Source: Lenisia limosa (Eukaryota > Protista > Breviatea). Taken from it: a DNA stretch of 32,972 nt. Shown in pieces: positions 1 through 10,781 of the stretch. The stretch is taken from contig LPNZ01004925.1 of the NCBI GenBank assembly GCA_001655205.1, forward strand, positions 1 to 32,972. Reading direction: 5' to 3'. The notes below the pieces were generated by a model. That model was not told where the DNA came from, ran no database searches, and saw only the letters and a program-made list of their open reading frames with translations. How positions within the stretch are numbered: position 1 is the first letter of the stretch; each line of letters opens with the position of its first letter. The translations under genes and the position numbers were made by a program.

Positions 1-113
1 ATAGTTCAAATAAATTCACAGATAGAGGAAAATTCACAGATATATGGACGGTGTGATATATGATTCATAAATTGTATGATCGTATCTGAATTTCATATTT
101 ACACTCCCCTTAC

Positions 114-824
114 GCCTCTCTTGGTGCCTTATCTCCGGGAACTAGTCCAAAGTCAACACCTCCAATGTTGATAGTCTTTGAGTCCACGAGATCCATATCC
201 TAAAAAGGGTAAGTTTTTTAGGAGTAGGTGGAGTAAAAATGAAAAATTAATCAAATTAGACTTCAGCTGAAGCAACATAAACAAAGCCCAATTCAGCCCA
301 TGACATCAGGTAAAAGAGGCAAGATATCCCCTGTTAGCATAGCTCTGATTGGTCGATTCCTCTGTTTTGAAAATATAATTTGCATCTGCACCTGTTCATC
401 TAGCGTTCTTAAATAGAAAAGAAGATCCTTACACAAGATTACATCCCTTCAATTTATTACAAGCCCAAAACCCACCAGCTCAACTTCATCTCGTACCACC
501 TCCATCTTATTCATTATCATATCCAACAGCATCCTCCTACCGTATCAAAACGGCCTTTAACGCAGTGGACATCACTGCAAAGTGACCTCAGATAATCCAG
601 AGTTTCGCGAGTACAGAGGTTACCAGTGAATAGAATATGGTTCATCTTGCCAGGCACCTGCAAAAGTGAGAAGAAGATACTGAGGGAGGCTGGAGGAGGC
701 TTACAAGTCGCTCTTTGAAGGATTCAGGAATCTCCGACATGGCTGAGGGAAGCATCGCATCTCCAGCAATCAATATAAGTTGCTAAATATATAATTAAGA
801 GGCTACAAGAAGGCTTCAAACCAT
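114..824 (-). CDS. VPS29: Vacuolar protein sorting 29 (retromer subunit), divergent; 3' end lies outside the window
   Basis: Exons 824-822 (ATG), 782-704, 656-541 and 199-114 give [94 protein letters not shown]. This is colinear with Vps29 ([25 protein letters not shown]...VRGDFD). A GTAAGG donor at 113 suggests continuation off the window; the alternative is TAA at 112-110. Confidence 0.88.
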
Positions 825-1247
825 TGTGAAGAGTCAAATAACAATTCAGATTCGTGTCTTATTCAAAATAATCTTGGTCAACGTTGTTATTCAGTTATAT
901 TCAGTGGTATCAAAGTGGTTGTTTGCTTCGCCAATTCAGGTACAAGCATGTAATTAATGCCACAAATGTAATAATTTTACCTTCTCCCTTTCCCTTCTCC
1001 CTTCTCCTCCTTTATCATTCAATAAATATCTTAACAAAAGACAAATTTCTGCGAAATCTCGATATTTCGATTGATAGTCCGAATCCCCAGGCCCTTGAAC
1101 AAGTGAACCTTGGCCCTTATCTTCTATACCGCTCTATACCCAGCTATATACTTCAGAAATAAAGGAAATAATTATTGCAATCCACAACCCAACATTGTGA
1201 GGTGGTGGCACCATCAGTTTCAGGGCTTCTTTGCTTCTTGGTGAAAT

Positions 1248-4200
1248 ATGCCACCCAAACAATTAAAGAAGACTGCTTCGGTTTGAGAGTTTATGTATCT
1301 ATTTTTATCGTTAAACCCTTTCTCTTTGTTACTAATTATAATTATTAATTTTGACACTTAAGGGGGAACCAAAGAAACCTAGCCCAACCCCGTAAGCTTC
1401 AATAATTTTATTGTTCCTTCTATTTTTTTTTTATTATTATTTTTTATACTCGTTCACACCTTTAGCACGGCAAAGCGAAATGAATCAGAAGTTTGTGGGA
1501 TTAGCGTGAGGATATTCATTTTGTGGATATAAATGGAAATGGGGTATCTTTGTCTTGACTGCTTCAGATCCTAAACAGAGAATTGATGGGGCTTGAGCTA
1601 AGTAAAACGAAAGAACGACTGGAAAGAATGTTGGTTATAATCTTTTAATATCTTCTATTTAAAAATTATCAAAGTTTTTCATGAAGGGTATATTAGAATA
1701 TCACTTTTTTGGACAAGTTGATTGGAACCAAAATTTTTTGGTTTTTTTTTTTTGCAGTATGGAATAATTTCTAGGACAGCGAAAGTTGATGAGCTCACCA
1801 GGCAAAACCAAGAGTTGAGGGAGAACATGAGCCGCCAAGATGTGGATCAAAAGGACGTGTATGAATATCTCCACACCCAGTTAAGGTTGGTCAGGGTCTT
1901 TATAAGAGTGAGTTGGTCTTTATCGATTTCTTGTTTTATTTGTTACTTTTAAGGCATAAAGATGAAGACTTGGCTTCAATGGAGGAGAAGGTGCTTGAAA
2001 TTGAGAAGAGTCGTGATAGTATCCAAACAAAGCTTGGTATGTGTTTATTGTTTTTGCTACAACTATAAGCTCTTCCCCTTATGCTCATCTCTTTTAGAAA
2101 CTCAACTTAATGTTCAACGATTACTGGGAGAAGACACAACCAATAAGTTGAAAACTGCTCTGGCAAGTTGTCAAGTTGAACTGGATGATTTAAATGAATT
2201 CAAAGAAAGGAAGGTTTGAAGGATACTCTCCATAGATTTTCTTTTGCTCTACATGAAGATATGTGGATGGTGGCATTTGTGTTTTTGAAAGTTTAACTTG
2301 AATATTATATCAGGGTTCTTTTTGATGAATCTTCTCTATTTCCTGCATTGTTATTATATTGATATATTACGTTGATATATTACGTTGTGTTTGATGGATA
2401 GCACTTTATGCTGACATTCTTTTCAGGCAGAAATTGAAGAGGAGGTTGTTGCTTTGAGACAAACTATAGCTGATCAAAAGAAAGTTCATTCGTGAGGAAG
2501 GGGCTGAGGGGAGCTTGACATGGAAACCTATTTTTGTAGCATAACCTTTATAGACTGAAGGTCTCAGAGCTTGATAGAAAAGTTGTTACTGAAAAAGAGA
2601 AGTTAAATAAGCAAATGCTTCAAAAGGTCAGATCCCTGTTATATATTTCGGTTTATTTTCCTAAAAGTGACTTTTTTGGACTTGAATTAGCAATTTTTCA
2701 TCCATGGAAAGGTGATTTGACTAATTTTGGCAGGTGAAAGAGGCTAATGATGACTTACTGAGAATTGCGGATTCTCAATTAGAAGAGGTATGTGGTGAAA
2801 CAAAATGATAAGTAATTCAAGGAATAAAGAACCAAAACGGATATTTCTTTTATTTGCTACTTGGACCTCCCCTTGAGTTTTCCGATATCATACACTATAC
2901 CCTCTTGTATACTTCCTGTACATTATCAAAATGTCATATGACCTCCTAGACAACCAAGCGAACTATCCTTGAAAATGAGGCACTTTCATCTGAGTTGGCG
3001 TTTACTGAGAGAGAAGTTGCTCAACTACTTGCAAGAAACAAACAAGTAATGCTATGGATGAATGTTTAGTCATCTCACATGTATCACTCAATGGGTTCTT
3101 CGTGTCTTCTCAACAATTTAGCTTGAAACTGAGAGAGGGCATTGGAAGAGGAAAGTCAGTCTTTTACAAAGCGCCGAAGCAGTAGGAGGGAACGTACAAC
3201 GTATCCACCTCCTCTCACACTCACCGCGTATTATAATCACTATCACCTTTTTGTGAACCTTTCCTACAGGAACTTGCAAGAAGGTCATTAGCCTCCCAAC
3301 AAGCGGTCCAAGTGTTGGTTGAAAAATTATCAATTGCTGAAAATGAAATTCAAAGTCGTGTTAACGCTGGTTGGAAGGGTGCATTCCTGTTGTTGACTAT
3401 GTTTATATCTCTTTTCTAACCTCTTAGAATCAAAAGAAAATGCTGATATTGTTAGTCGATACGAGGTATGCAATTACTTTTGATGTTTCATTTAACAATT
3501 ATGATGTTCTTAATTTGGAGTATTTGAATCATCATTCCAGCAAATCTTGTCAGATAAAAATAATGAGCTACAAATGACTCTTGATCAACTGGTGGGTGGA
3601 GAGGTTTTGTGTTTCAAAACATGGGCAATGAAGCTGTTTTATCTTCTGTATTTCGAAAGTTATTATTTGACGACTTCAGCGTAGCCGTACAGTGGAAAAA
3701 GATGAGCTTCTCAAGGCACAAGCCGTACTCTCGACTCGAGCTGAGAACAATAATGACCTTGAGGTAAGCACTGTTCTTTCTACAAATTTGACCCTCCCCA
3801 GTCCGAGGATGGGAATGATCTTGTAACATTCCTTTCAAGTGCTTTATATGATGCCCGCAAGCAACTTGCAGAGTAAGGGGGGGTCTAATTTGGTAGTTTA
3901 TATTAAATTTGTCTGTGATCGATATATTATATACTGTATGTCATATTGCAACGCTAAAAGACTTAATTTCTCAAATGTAAAATTCGAAGATAGGGTTCAG
4001 GTGAGGTCAGGCAGAAACTCAAGTTAAAAATAGTTGAAGCAAGAGGATTCTGAGATCCTTCTAGTTTGGCACAATAATAGATAGATAAGGTTTATTCGGC
4101 CACCTTAGGTGTTTGGAGGAGTGGTCATCATTAAGCAACTAACTTATCTGAGAATTTTTATAAAGGGGGGCATCTCTGAATTCCCAGTTACCAGTATTGC

Positions 4201-5398
4201 CTAAAAAAAAACCCCTGTTCTGACATTTACCCAGCGATCCTACACCCCTCCCCCTGTTCCTACAGCCCAATACTTTTTAAACACTTATTAGGGGTTTTAA
4301 GCTGCCAATTGGGAAAAAAAAAGTTCCAATCATGCCGATCGCAAATCTAACGATGTGAAAGTAACATCGGTTCTAGATTATTTAATTTGAAAAGGGTTGT
4401 TTTTTCTTTTGTTTCTTTTTTTGTCTCAGAAGGAACCACATGTTTCAACAGTACGTATTTCAAGTTCTAGGGAAGGTCTGACAGAAGAACACGGAGAATG
4501 GATGGACGGAGATGAAATATTGGTACGTTGAGCTGTGTATTTGGTGTAATATTTTTGTTCTGATTTCGCCAGCCTTCAATTGAAGACATGTCAACCCCTG
4601 ACCGATCACGTATCCTCAACTTCCTTCTGAATCACATTGCGGCGCTACAGGCTCAGGATGTTTGCGTGGAAGTGTACGTAGCGTGTACGATACACGTTTA
4701 CCGTCATAACTCCTCTTGATATTTGAGTTTTTTTTTCATTATTAAAGGGGCAGCGACTTGACTCAGAAACAATGACTGCCACGGAGCCGTCTGTCAGCCG
4801 AACCTCAAGACATCTTCTTTTGCTCACCCCACCACCGCTTCCTCCCATCTCGGTCAGCATTGTGTTCATTAATATTTTATGGGGTTGGAATTTGTTCACA
4901 TCTCAAAACGGCTCTGTTTCATTGATTTAGAACCCATCCAATTTGCATTCCATAGGCGTCCAAACCGACTCCCAGTCTATGGGTTTGTGAGAATTGAGAA
5001 TCTCTTTTTGATTAACTCTGACGTAAACAAGAATAAGAAAATAAGAAAACCACCCAAAATACAATGAACTTTTTCAACTGGTACCGCCCCAATTGAAGCA
5101 TTTCCTTACAGTTATAGCGCTTTTTAACCGTAATTTTGCCACCACGTCTACAGGACAATACGTTCCCATTGAGCTGGCAGCAGGTATGATTTACAAACAA
5201 TTTGATGAATTGATAGTAGTCTGTTGTAGTGTCTTTTGAACTGTCTGCTCTTCAGTTCTTTGCCCATCTTACTTGGCAGACACAAGACCTTGGGGTCGGC
5301 GAGCCAAAGACCTTCCGTCTACCACGTCATCGAACCCGCAATTTTTTTTGAAAAGGGGCGGCGGTGTCAAGAGAGGGGCTCTTCCAAAAGAGATCTAG
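1248..5398 (+). CDS. CFAP157: Cilia- and flagella-associated protein 157-like coiled-coil protein, about 24 exons
   Basis: Starts MPPKQLKK. Spliced coiled-coil includes VDELTRQNQELR..QKDVYEYL, LDDLNEFKERK, LDRKVVTEKEKLNKQMLQKV, EETTKRTILENEALSSEL and ELARRSLASQQAVQVLVEKL, resembling CFAP157 ([38 protein letters not shown]). C-terminus is HLGVQT...TRPWGRR...PKEI, ending at TAG 5396-5398. Splice phases are consistent, but exons in 3873-4430 are less certain. Confidence 0.8.
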
Positions 5399-5840
5399 GA
5401 TTCTTTTTTTTCTTTTTCAAAATGAAATTAAAGGGGAGCACCATAATCGTGTGTTTGGTTCGCTTTTCTTTTCTTGTGGTTGGGAGTGGTGAAACACTGA
5501 AACACACATGGGATATGGGATATGGAGAAGAACACGCGGAAGTTTACCGGGATATAGTACTATTCCTCCTAGCCTAGAATACTACACTAGAGGGCTTATG
5601 TTTTAAGTGTGTCCTTTATTAACGCTAGAATGGAAGTAGAAGAGAAGAAGAAAGAAAAGGAATACTCAACGGACAAACTTGTTTATATTTCTAACCCTAG
5701 GAATACTCAAGAAAAGTTACAATCATAACCGCCATTCAAGTTATTCTTTGATACTACATCAAAGCAGATAAGTGAGAAATCTCAATTGCCTAAGCGAAAA
5801 GTTTCATCATAAAGACCAACTCGAAAGGAAAACTCCAAAT

Positions 5841-6613
5841 CTACTTGAGGGGAACATACTTGGAAGAAGCAGTAGCACCAATACCGGGGCGACCATGCTT
5901 AATGGGCTTGTAGGTAATGGAGAACTCGCCGAGGTAGCGACCGATCATCTCGGGCTGAAGAAGTAAATGAAAAAGCCACAACACAAAGGAATCGCGTCAC
6001 AAAATAGAACATATCAGAAAAACACATAAGCTCACCTGGATTTCGACGGCGTTGAAAACCTTGCCGTTGTAGACACCAACGATGGAGCCAATCATCTCAG
6101 GGACGATGATCATATCACGAAGGTGGGTGTTGATGCAGGCAGGCTTCTCACCGACCTCAAGACCCTTCTTGGCAGTCCGAAGGCGCTTGACAAGAGCAGC
6201 GTACTTGCGACCGAGACCACGAGAGAAACTAAAAAATAAAAAACGAAAACATTGTTTCAAAAATTGAATATATCCCTCAAAAGAAGAAAATTTGCACAAT
6301 AAACACCCTCAAACCGGCGACGAGCACGAGCAGGGAAGAGCTCCATAAGCTGCTCAGATTTGAGCTCGAGGAGAGCCTCGAGGTCAACACCACGGTAAGA
6401 GTGCTTGCGGAAAGTTCTACGCTTGGGGGCTTCGGCCTGGGAAGTCAGAGAGACATTAAAGGGATGTTGGTCAAAGTCGAAGTAATACGTTTATCATATT
6501 CACTTTCAAAGATCACTGGTTTTCTAGCACAACAAACGGATAAAAGTCACTCATAACAAAATACTCAGCTAAACATCATATATAACTGAATAAAATGTCA
6601 AAAAGCTCACCAT
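5841..6613 (-). CDS. RPS15: 40S ribosomal protein S15 (uS19), 4 exons
   Basis: ATG at 6613-6611, then an intron. Exons read [25 protein letters not shown]...ARARRRFSRGL, then [31 protein letters not shown], then [37 protein letters not shown], ending at TAG 5843-5841. Confidence 0.98.
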
Positions 6614-6686
6614 CTTCCTTTCTACTGGAAACAAGGCTTCAAAAGAGGACCAAAAATAGAAAAGTTTAGAATAAAAAGGAAAAAGG

Positions 6687-6706
6687 GTTCAGTTCAGTTC
6701 AGTTCA
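6687..6706. repeat. (GTTCA)4 microsatellite upstream of RPS15
   Basis: Perfect pentamer array between the divergent RPS15 and acid phosphatase starts. Confidence 0.9.
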
Positions 6707-6971
6707 TTACGAATTTAGAATTTTCTTGTTTTCCAGTTTTCTTGGAAACGAGGTGTTTTCATTCTCAGATTAGCCCTGTTTATTTTATAGTTCACTTATA
6801 GCTACATTGTGACAGGGAGAAAAGGGTTTAAGTCTTTTTTTGTCCATGTAAAAGTTGACATCAACAATACTTATCCTTATGGTCTGCACTATACCCGTTT
6901 GTTCCAACTATATAAAAATTGTGGAGATTTTTACCGAAACAGGTCGTTTATTGCTTTCAAGCTCTCTCTCA

Positions 6972-9900
6972 ATGTTGATCTTTGCCGTCTTCTTACTGCT
7001 ATACTCCGGCCTTGCGTTGGACATTTGCCAGCCTCCTTTGTTCTATTACCCTTTTCTTCCTGAAGATAACAACCTCAACAAAGTTGTGGTGGGAGGGGTA
7101 TTCTTTAAAAACGTATGGTGAAGAGCTTCATTACTTTTTTAGTTATTCACGAGACATGGGGACCGGGTGAGCACTAAACCTGGAACGTGCTGGAAAAATG
7201 ATACTGTGGCTGAGTAGGATTTTTTGCAATATATTTGATGCAAACTTTCAACATGAAATATAAATCATATAGTTTTGTTTGAGACACATTGATTTTCCTC
7301 ATAGGTACCAATGTGCATACCGTGAATCTTCAGGGCTCTTCCCCTTAGACTTGCAGCAAAACAAAGAGATTCAAACACGCTTGCTTTTGTTGGACTGGCT
7401 CTTGGTTTTGGTTGAACTAACAATTAGACACTGGCTCTTCTTTGGTACTGTTTTTCTTTGTCAGTGATGTCAATTTTATCTTACATTTTTGAAAGGGTTA
7501 TCAGTGACATTTGACATAATGTTTCTTTTTAACATTACAGAAAGTCATATCACACTGGTAAAACGGGCATGAAAGGAAATTGCCACCTGGGGGCCCTCAC
7601 AAGCAAAGGCTTTCAGCAGCATCTTTTGGTAAGTTCCTCAAAGGGACTTCTTCACGTGTATAAGGGTTATCTTTTTCATATGCATGTGTATAATACTTAT
7701 TACACCCAATCATTGCCTTTCTTTGTGTGAAAATGACGCGAAACCATTGATCTAGTTTATTCATTTCTACGCTACGTTTTCAGCACAATGTGATTCTCGT
7801 CTAAAATTATCAACTAAGGTGTAGTGTGACCCAATATAATCCCAATAGTTCACTGACAGTGTACTAATTGTCATCTAGTTCTCATCTAAATCTCTTGATC
7901 CCAAGAGGGAAGCCATAATAATCGTGTGCCGCGGTCTGGTGGCGACTATCTGGTTGATATCATCACCATTAACGCTTAAGAATGGTCAACACATCCGTGA
8001 AGTCTATAATCATGTTCTACACTTTATTCCTCCTCTTCTTGATGTGGACATTGTGCATATCAGAAGGTTTGTAACCCGTAAAATAAGCTAAGAGAATTAT
8101 ATCATCTCTACAAAGAAAACAGAATAATTTTGTATGTATGGTGCATAATAATTTTGTATAGATAGGGTGTGCATTTCACTCTTTCAGTACAGACAATACT
8201 CGTACGCTTGCCTCTCTTGATGCGCTCTTGAGAACTTTGGTTAGTTTATACACACCATGATACATTTTAACACGGTAACATATTTGAATATTGTGTTTTA
8301 CTGTTGTGGTCTTTTTGTCTTTCTTTATACTTTTTTTTTTACATGCACTTTCTAACTTCAATAGTATGGTGCCTCCTCAGCCTTATTTGTTGAAGTGGAA
8401 ACTGAAGATTTTATTGTTTGAAGGATTGTTATATATGTTCGTACTAAGTTGAGTGTAATAAAAGAGAGTCTCTTAACTTATTTAGTTTGACCGTCTTAAC
8501 CCATCTTCAAGCAACTGTCCAATTGTGGGGGGAAGGGGGTAAAAAAAATATATCATCGTGGTTTATCTTTTAGAACGTTTGTGTCAGTAAGAATTGCTCT
8601 GACTAACCCAGATTGAAGAATATGCACAAGAGGCAATGAATACACCGGAATATACCAAATGGAAAGATGATACACAACCCCTTTTTGTGAGCTTTTGTGT
8701 GTCTTATTCGCACAGTGAACTTTTGTATGCATAGGATATGGTGGAAAGGGAGAGCTTTTCTAATATAGACGTCTAGATAATTGCAAAGTATAATGTCGCA
8801 TTACACTGATCTGACGGAACTAGTTACGGTTGCAAAAGGCGTTTGGAACAGCCGACTTCAGCGCAGGTCGTGCCATGGACTGTTTAGTTATGCATAGTTG
8901 TCACGGCTTCCCCCTGCCGTCTGGTGTCTCTGAAGAGGATGTTGAAAATGTAGGATTTGGGAGGCTTTTATGTTCTAAATTTCTAGCTCATTGATGCCAT
9001 CCTCTGGTCTGTAAAATGGCAGTTCGAGTCCCCAGATAGAAACAAGTCTGTTGCTGCCTTTTCTGGTGGCATTCTTTCGGTATGTCTTCTTAAATGCCCT
9101 TTTTGAATAAAGTGTTTTCTTTTCATCGATTTTTTTTTTCTTAGGAGCTGCTTCAATACTTGGACCCCGAAAATTCCAAGAAGTTCTTTCATGTATCTGG
9201 TCATGATATCACGGTGCGTAGAGTAATACAGTTGCTACGTTTTGTTTCCTTTTACTCGAACTGATTTGGCAGATCTTCTCTCTTTTTACTGGACTTGATA
9301 TTTCAATTGACCACTGGGTAGGGCTTGGGGAAGTTAACAATGGTATCGTATTCTTGTGGTTATTGGGGTTGAAGAACATTTTAAAATTGAGATACGCCCT
9401 TGGTTTCAATTCATTGATTGTTTTTACTCTGAAGGTCCCATATGCAAGTCTTGTCCAACTTGAAGTGTTCAGCATTAACGGGAAGAATCATATTCGTGTA
9501 ATCTACAATGGCAAACAAATGCAAATGGGTGAGTGTGTGAAAACGCTGTAAACTCAAAAATAATATTGTATTATCATATAGTATATAGATATCATATGGT
9601 ATCATGTGTGATGATGTACATATATGATATAGACAGTATATTATGAGATGAGATACAGTTGCGTTGTAATAGACGGCGTAGCTTTCAATTCATGCTCTAT
9701 ATATCATATCCAGCATCGCAAGCCTCATGTTTGAAGTCTCCTCTTGCCACCTAATCCCTTTTAAAGCAGGTTGCGGCTGGAGAAAATTGTCATGGATATC
9801 TGAAAATAAACTATCGGTGACGTCATTTTTAATACAGCATCCTTAACACAATCAAACTCTTTCCACCCCTCCTCATATTCTCTAGGAACGTCCCTACGGA

Positions 9901-10175
9901 ATATGGGATAAGATAATAGACACTCGGGCTTGTTTCAACGCATTCTGGTTTTCTTATTATCTCTCAGGATTTTGTGGTTCACTATGTACACTTTCCGAAG
10001 TCAAAGCACATATTAAAGTTTGTGACAGGGAGATACTTTATGTGGAGTTTTATTATTATTATTATTGTTATTGACACGGACTTATCAATGCCAGAACAAC
10101 TGCATTTTGAAAAAATTCCATTTAAGTAATATATTGACAATTCAGGGTATAATTGCTGAAGATCCATGTATTTAA
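6972..10175 (+). CDS. Secreted or lysosomal histidine acid phosphatase (branch 2; ACP6 / Dictyostelium counting-factor-60-like), about 16 exons
   Basis: Hydrophobic signal peptide MLIFAVFLLLYSGLA. Motifs: KVVLFTRHGDRVS (RHGxR), CWKNDT..YQC, GNCHLGALTSKGFQQH, HIRSTDNTRT, CHGFPLP, SGHDIT (HD), VPYASLVQLE and RVIYNG. Ends ...EDPCI at TAA 10173-10175. Confidence 0.9.
9716..9752 (+). repeat. Dispersed 37-bp intronic element, copy 1 (acid phosphatase intron)
   Basis: TCGCAAGCCTCATGTTTGAAGTCTCCTCTTGCCACCT matches 23182-23218 at 32/37 positions. Confidence 0.8.
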
Positions 10176-10260
10176 GAAAGTGATGTTTATGGTACACTAA
10201 TTTGATGAACGGAGTGTTTCTTGTAAAGTGGGTATTTGTTAGGTTTTGTTTCAATGTATT

Positions 10261-10282
10261 AATTCACATTTGAATGTGAATT
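10261..10282. repeat. Perfect 10-bp inverted repeat downstream of the acid phosphatase stop
   Basis: AATTCACATT-TG-AATGTGAATT. Confidence 0.85.
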
Positions 10283-10781
10283 GTGAATTAAATGTGAACA
10301 CTGGAGGGATGGAACTTTCAATTGAGTACATTGGGGCAAACCGCCAAGAATGCAAGAAGAAGGTTGGTCTTTTATGAATTGAATTGAATTGCCTCAAGAC
10401 AAAGTCAAAGTTGAATTTTCCAGTGTTGCAACCTGGGTGGTTGCACTAATAGAAGTTAGGTTATGAGGCAATTATGAGTATGGAACAGATCAAACGATGG
10501 AAATGGACTGAGCATGGCGCATAATTGGTCTCCCCCCCTCTCTAAGGCGCCCACACACACATATACCCATTCCCCTTCGAGAAATTTCGAATTGGAACGA
10601 AAATTCTAAAAACAACCCTTTTTATTATTATTATTTAATCCGTTTATATATTTGATTATTTTATTATAGCGAGATTATAGCTCTGTTATAGCTGGAGTAA
10701 TTAGGAGTAATAGACAATAGACCTTGCTTTCCCTACTCACTTCTCTTTCACATCTGTCCCCTTCCTTTTTTTTTTGAGACA

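Noticed and set aside
4344-4379. Imperfect hairpin ATCTAACGATGT-GAAAGTA-ACATCGGTTCTAGAT in a CFAP157 intron
   Set aside because: The stem is short and bulged, with no recognisable ncRNA boxes; plausible by chance.
5772-6267. Plus-strand ORFs 5772-5966 and 6082-6267; likewise 32412-32747, 16339-16539 and 30136-30453
   Set aside because: They are antisense shadows of real coding exons (RPS15, the basic orphan, MCRS1-like, NAA15).
6438-6610. Possible box C/D snoRNA in RPS15 intron 1
   Set aside because: Only degenerate C boxes are present, the CTGA coincides with the branch point, and there is no terminal stem or recognisable rRNA complementarity.
7167-7321. Splicing RHGDR|VPMCIP* suggested an in-frame TGA, a recoded stop or a microexon
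   Set aside because: Reading through GTGAGC gives RHGDRVSTKPGTCWKNDTVAE|YQC in correct phase with family-like sequence, so no alternative code is needed. All genes are consistent with the standard code.
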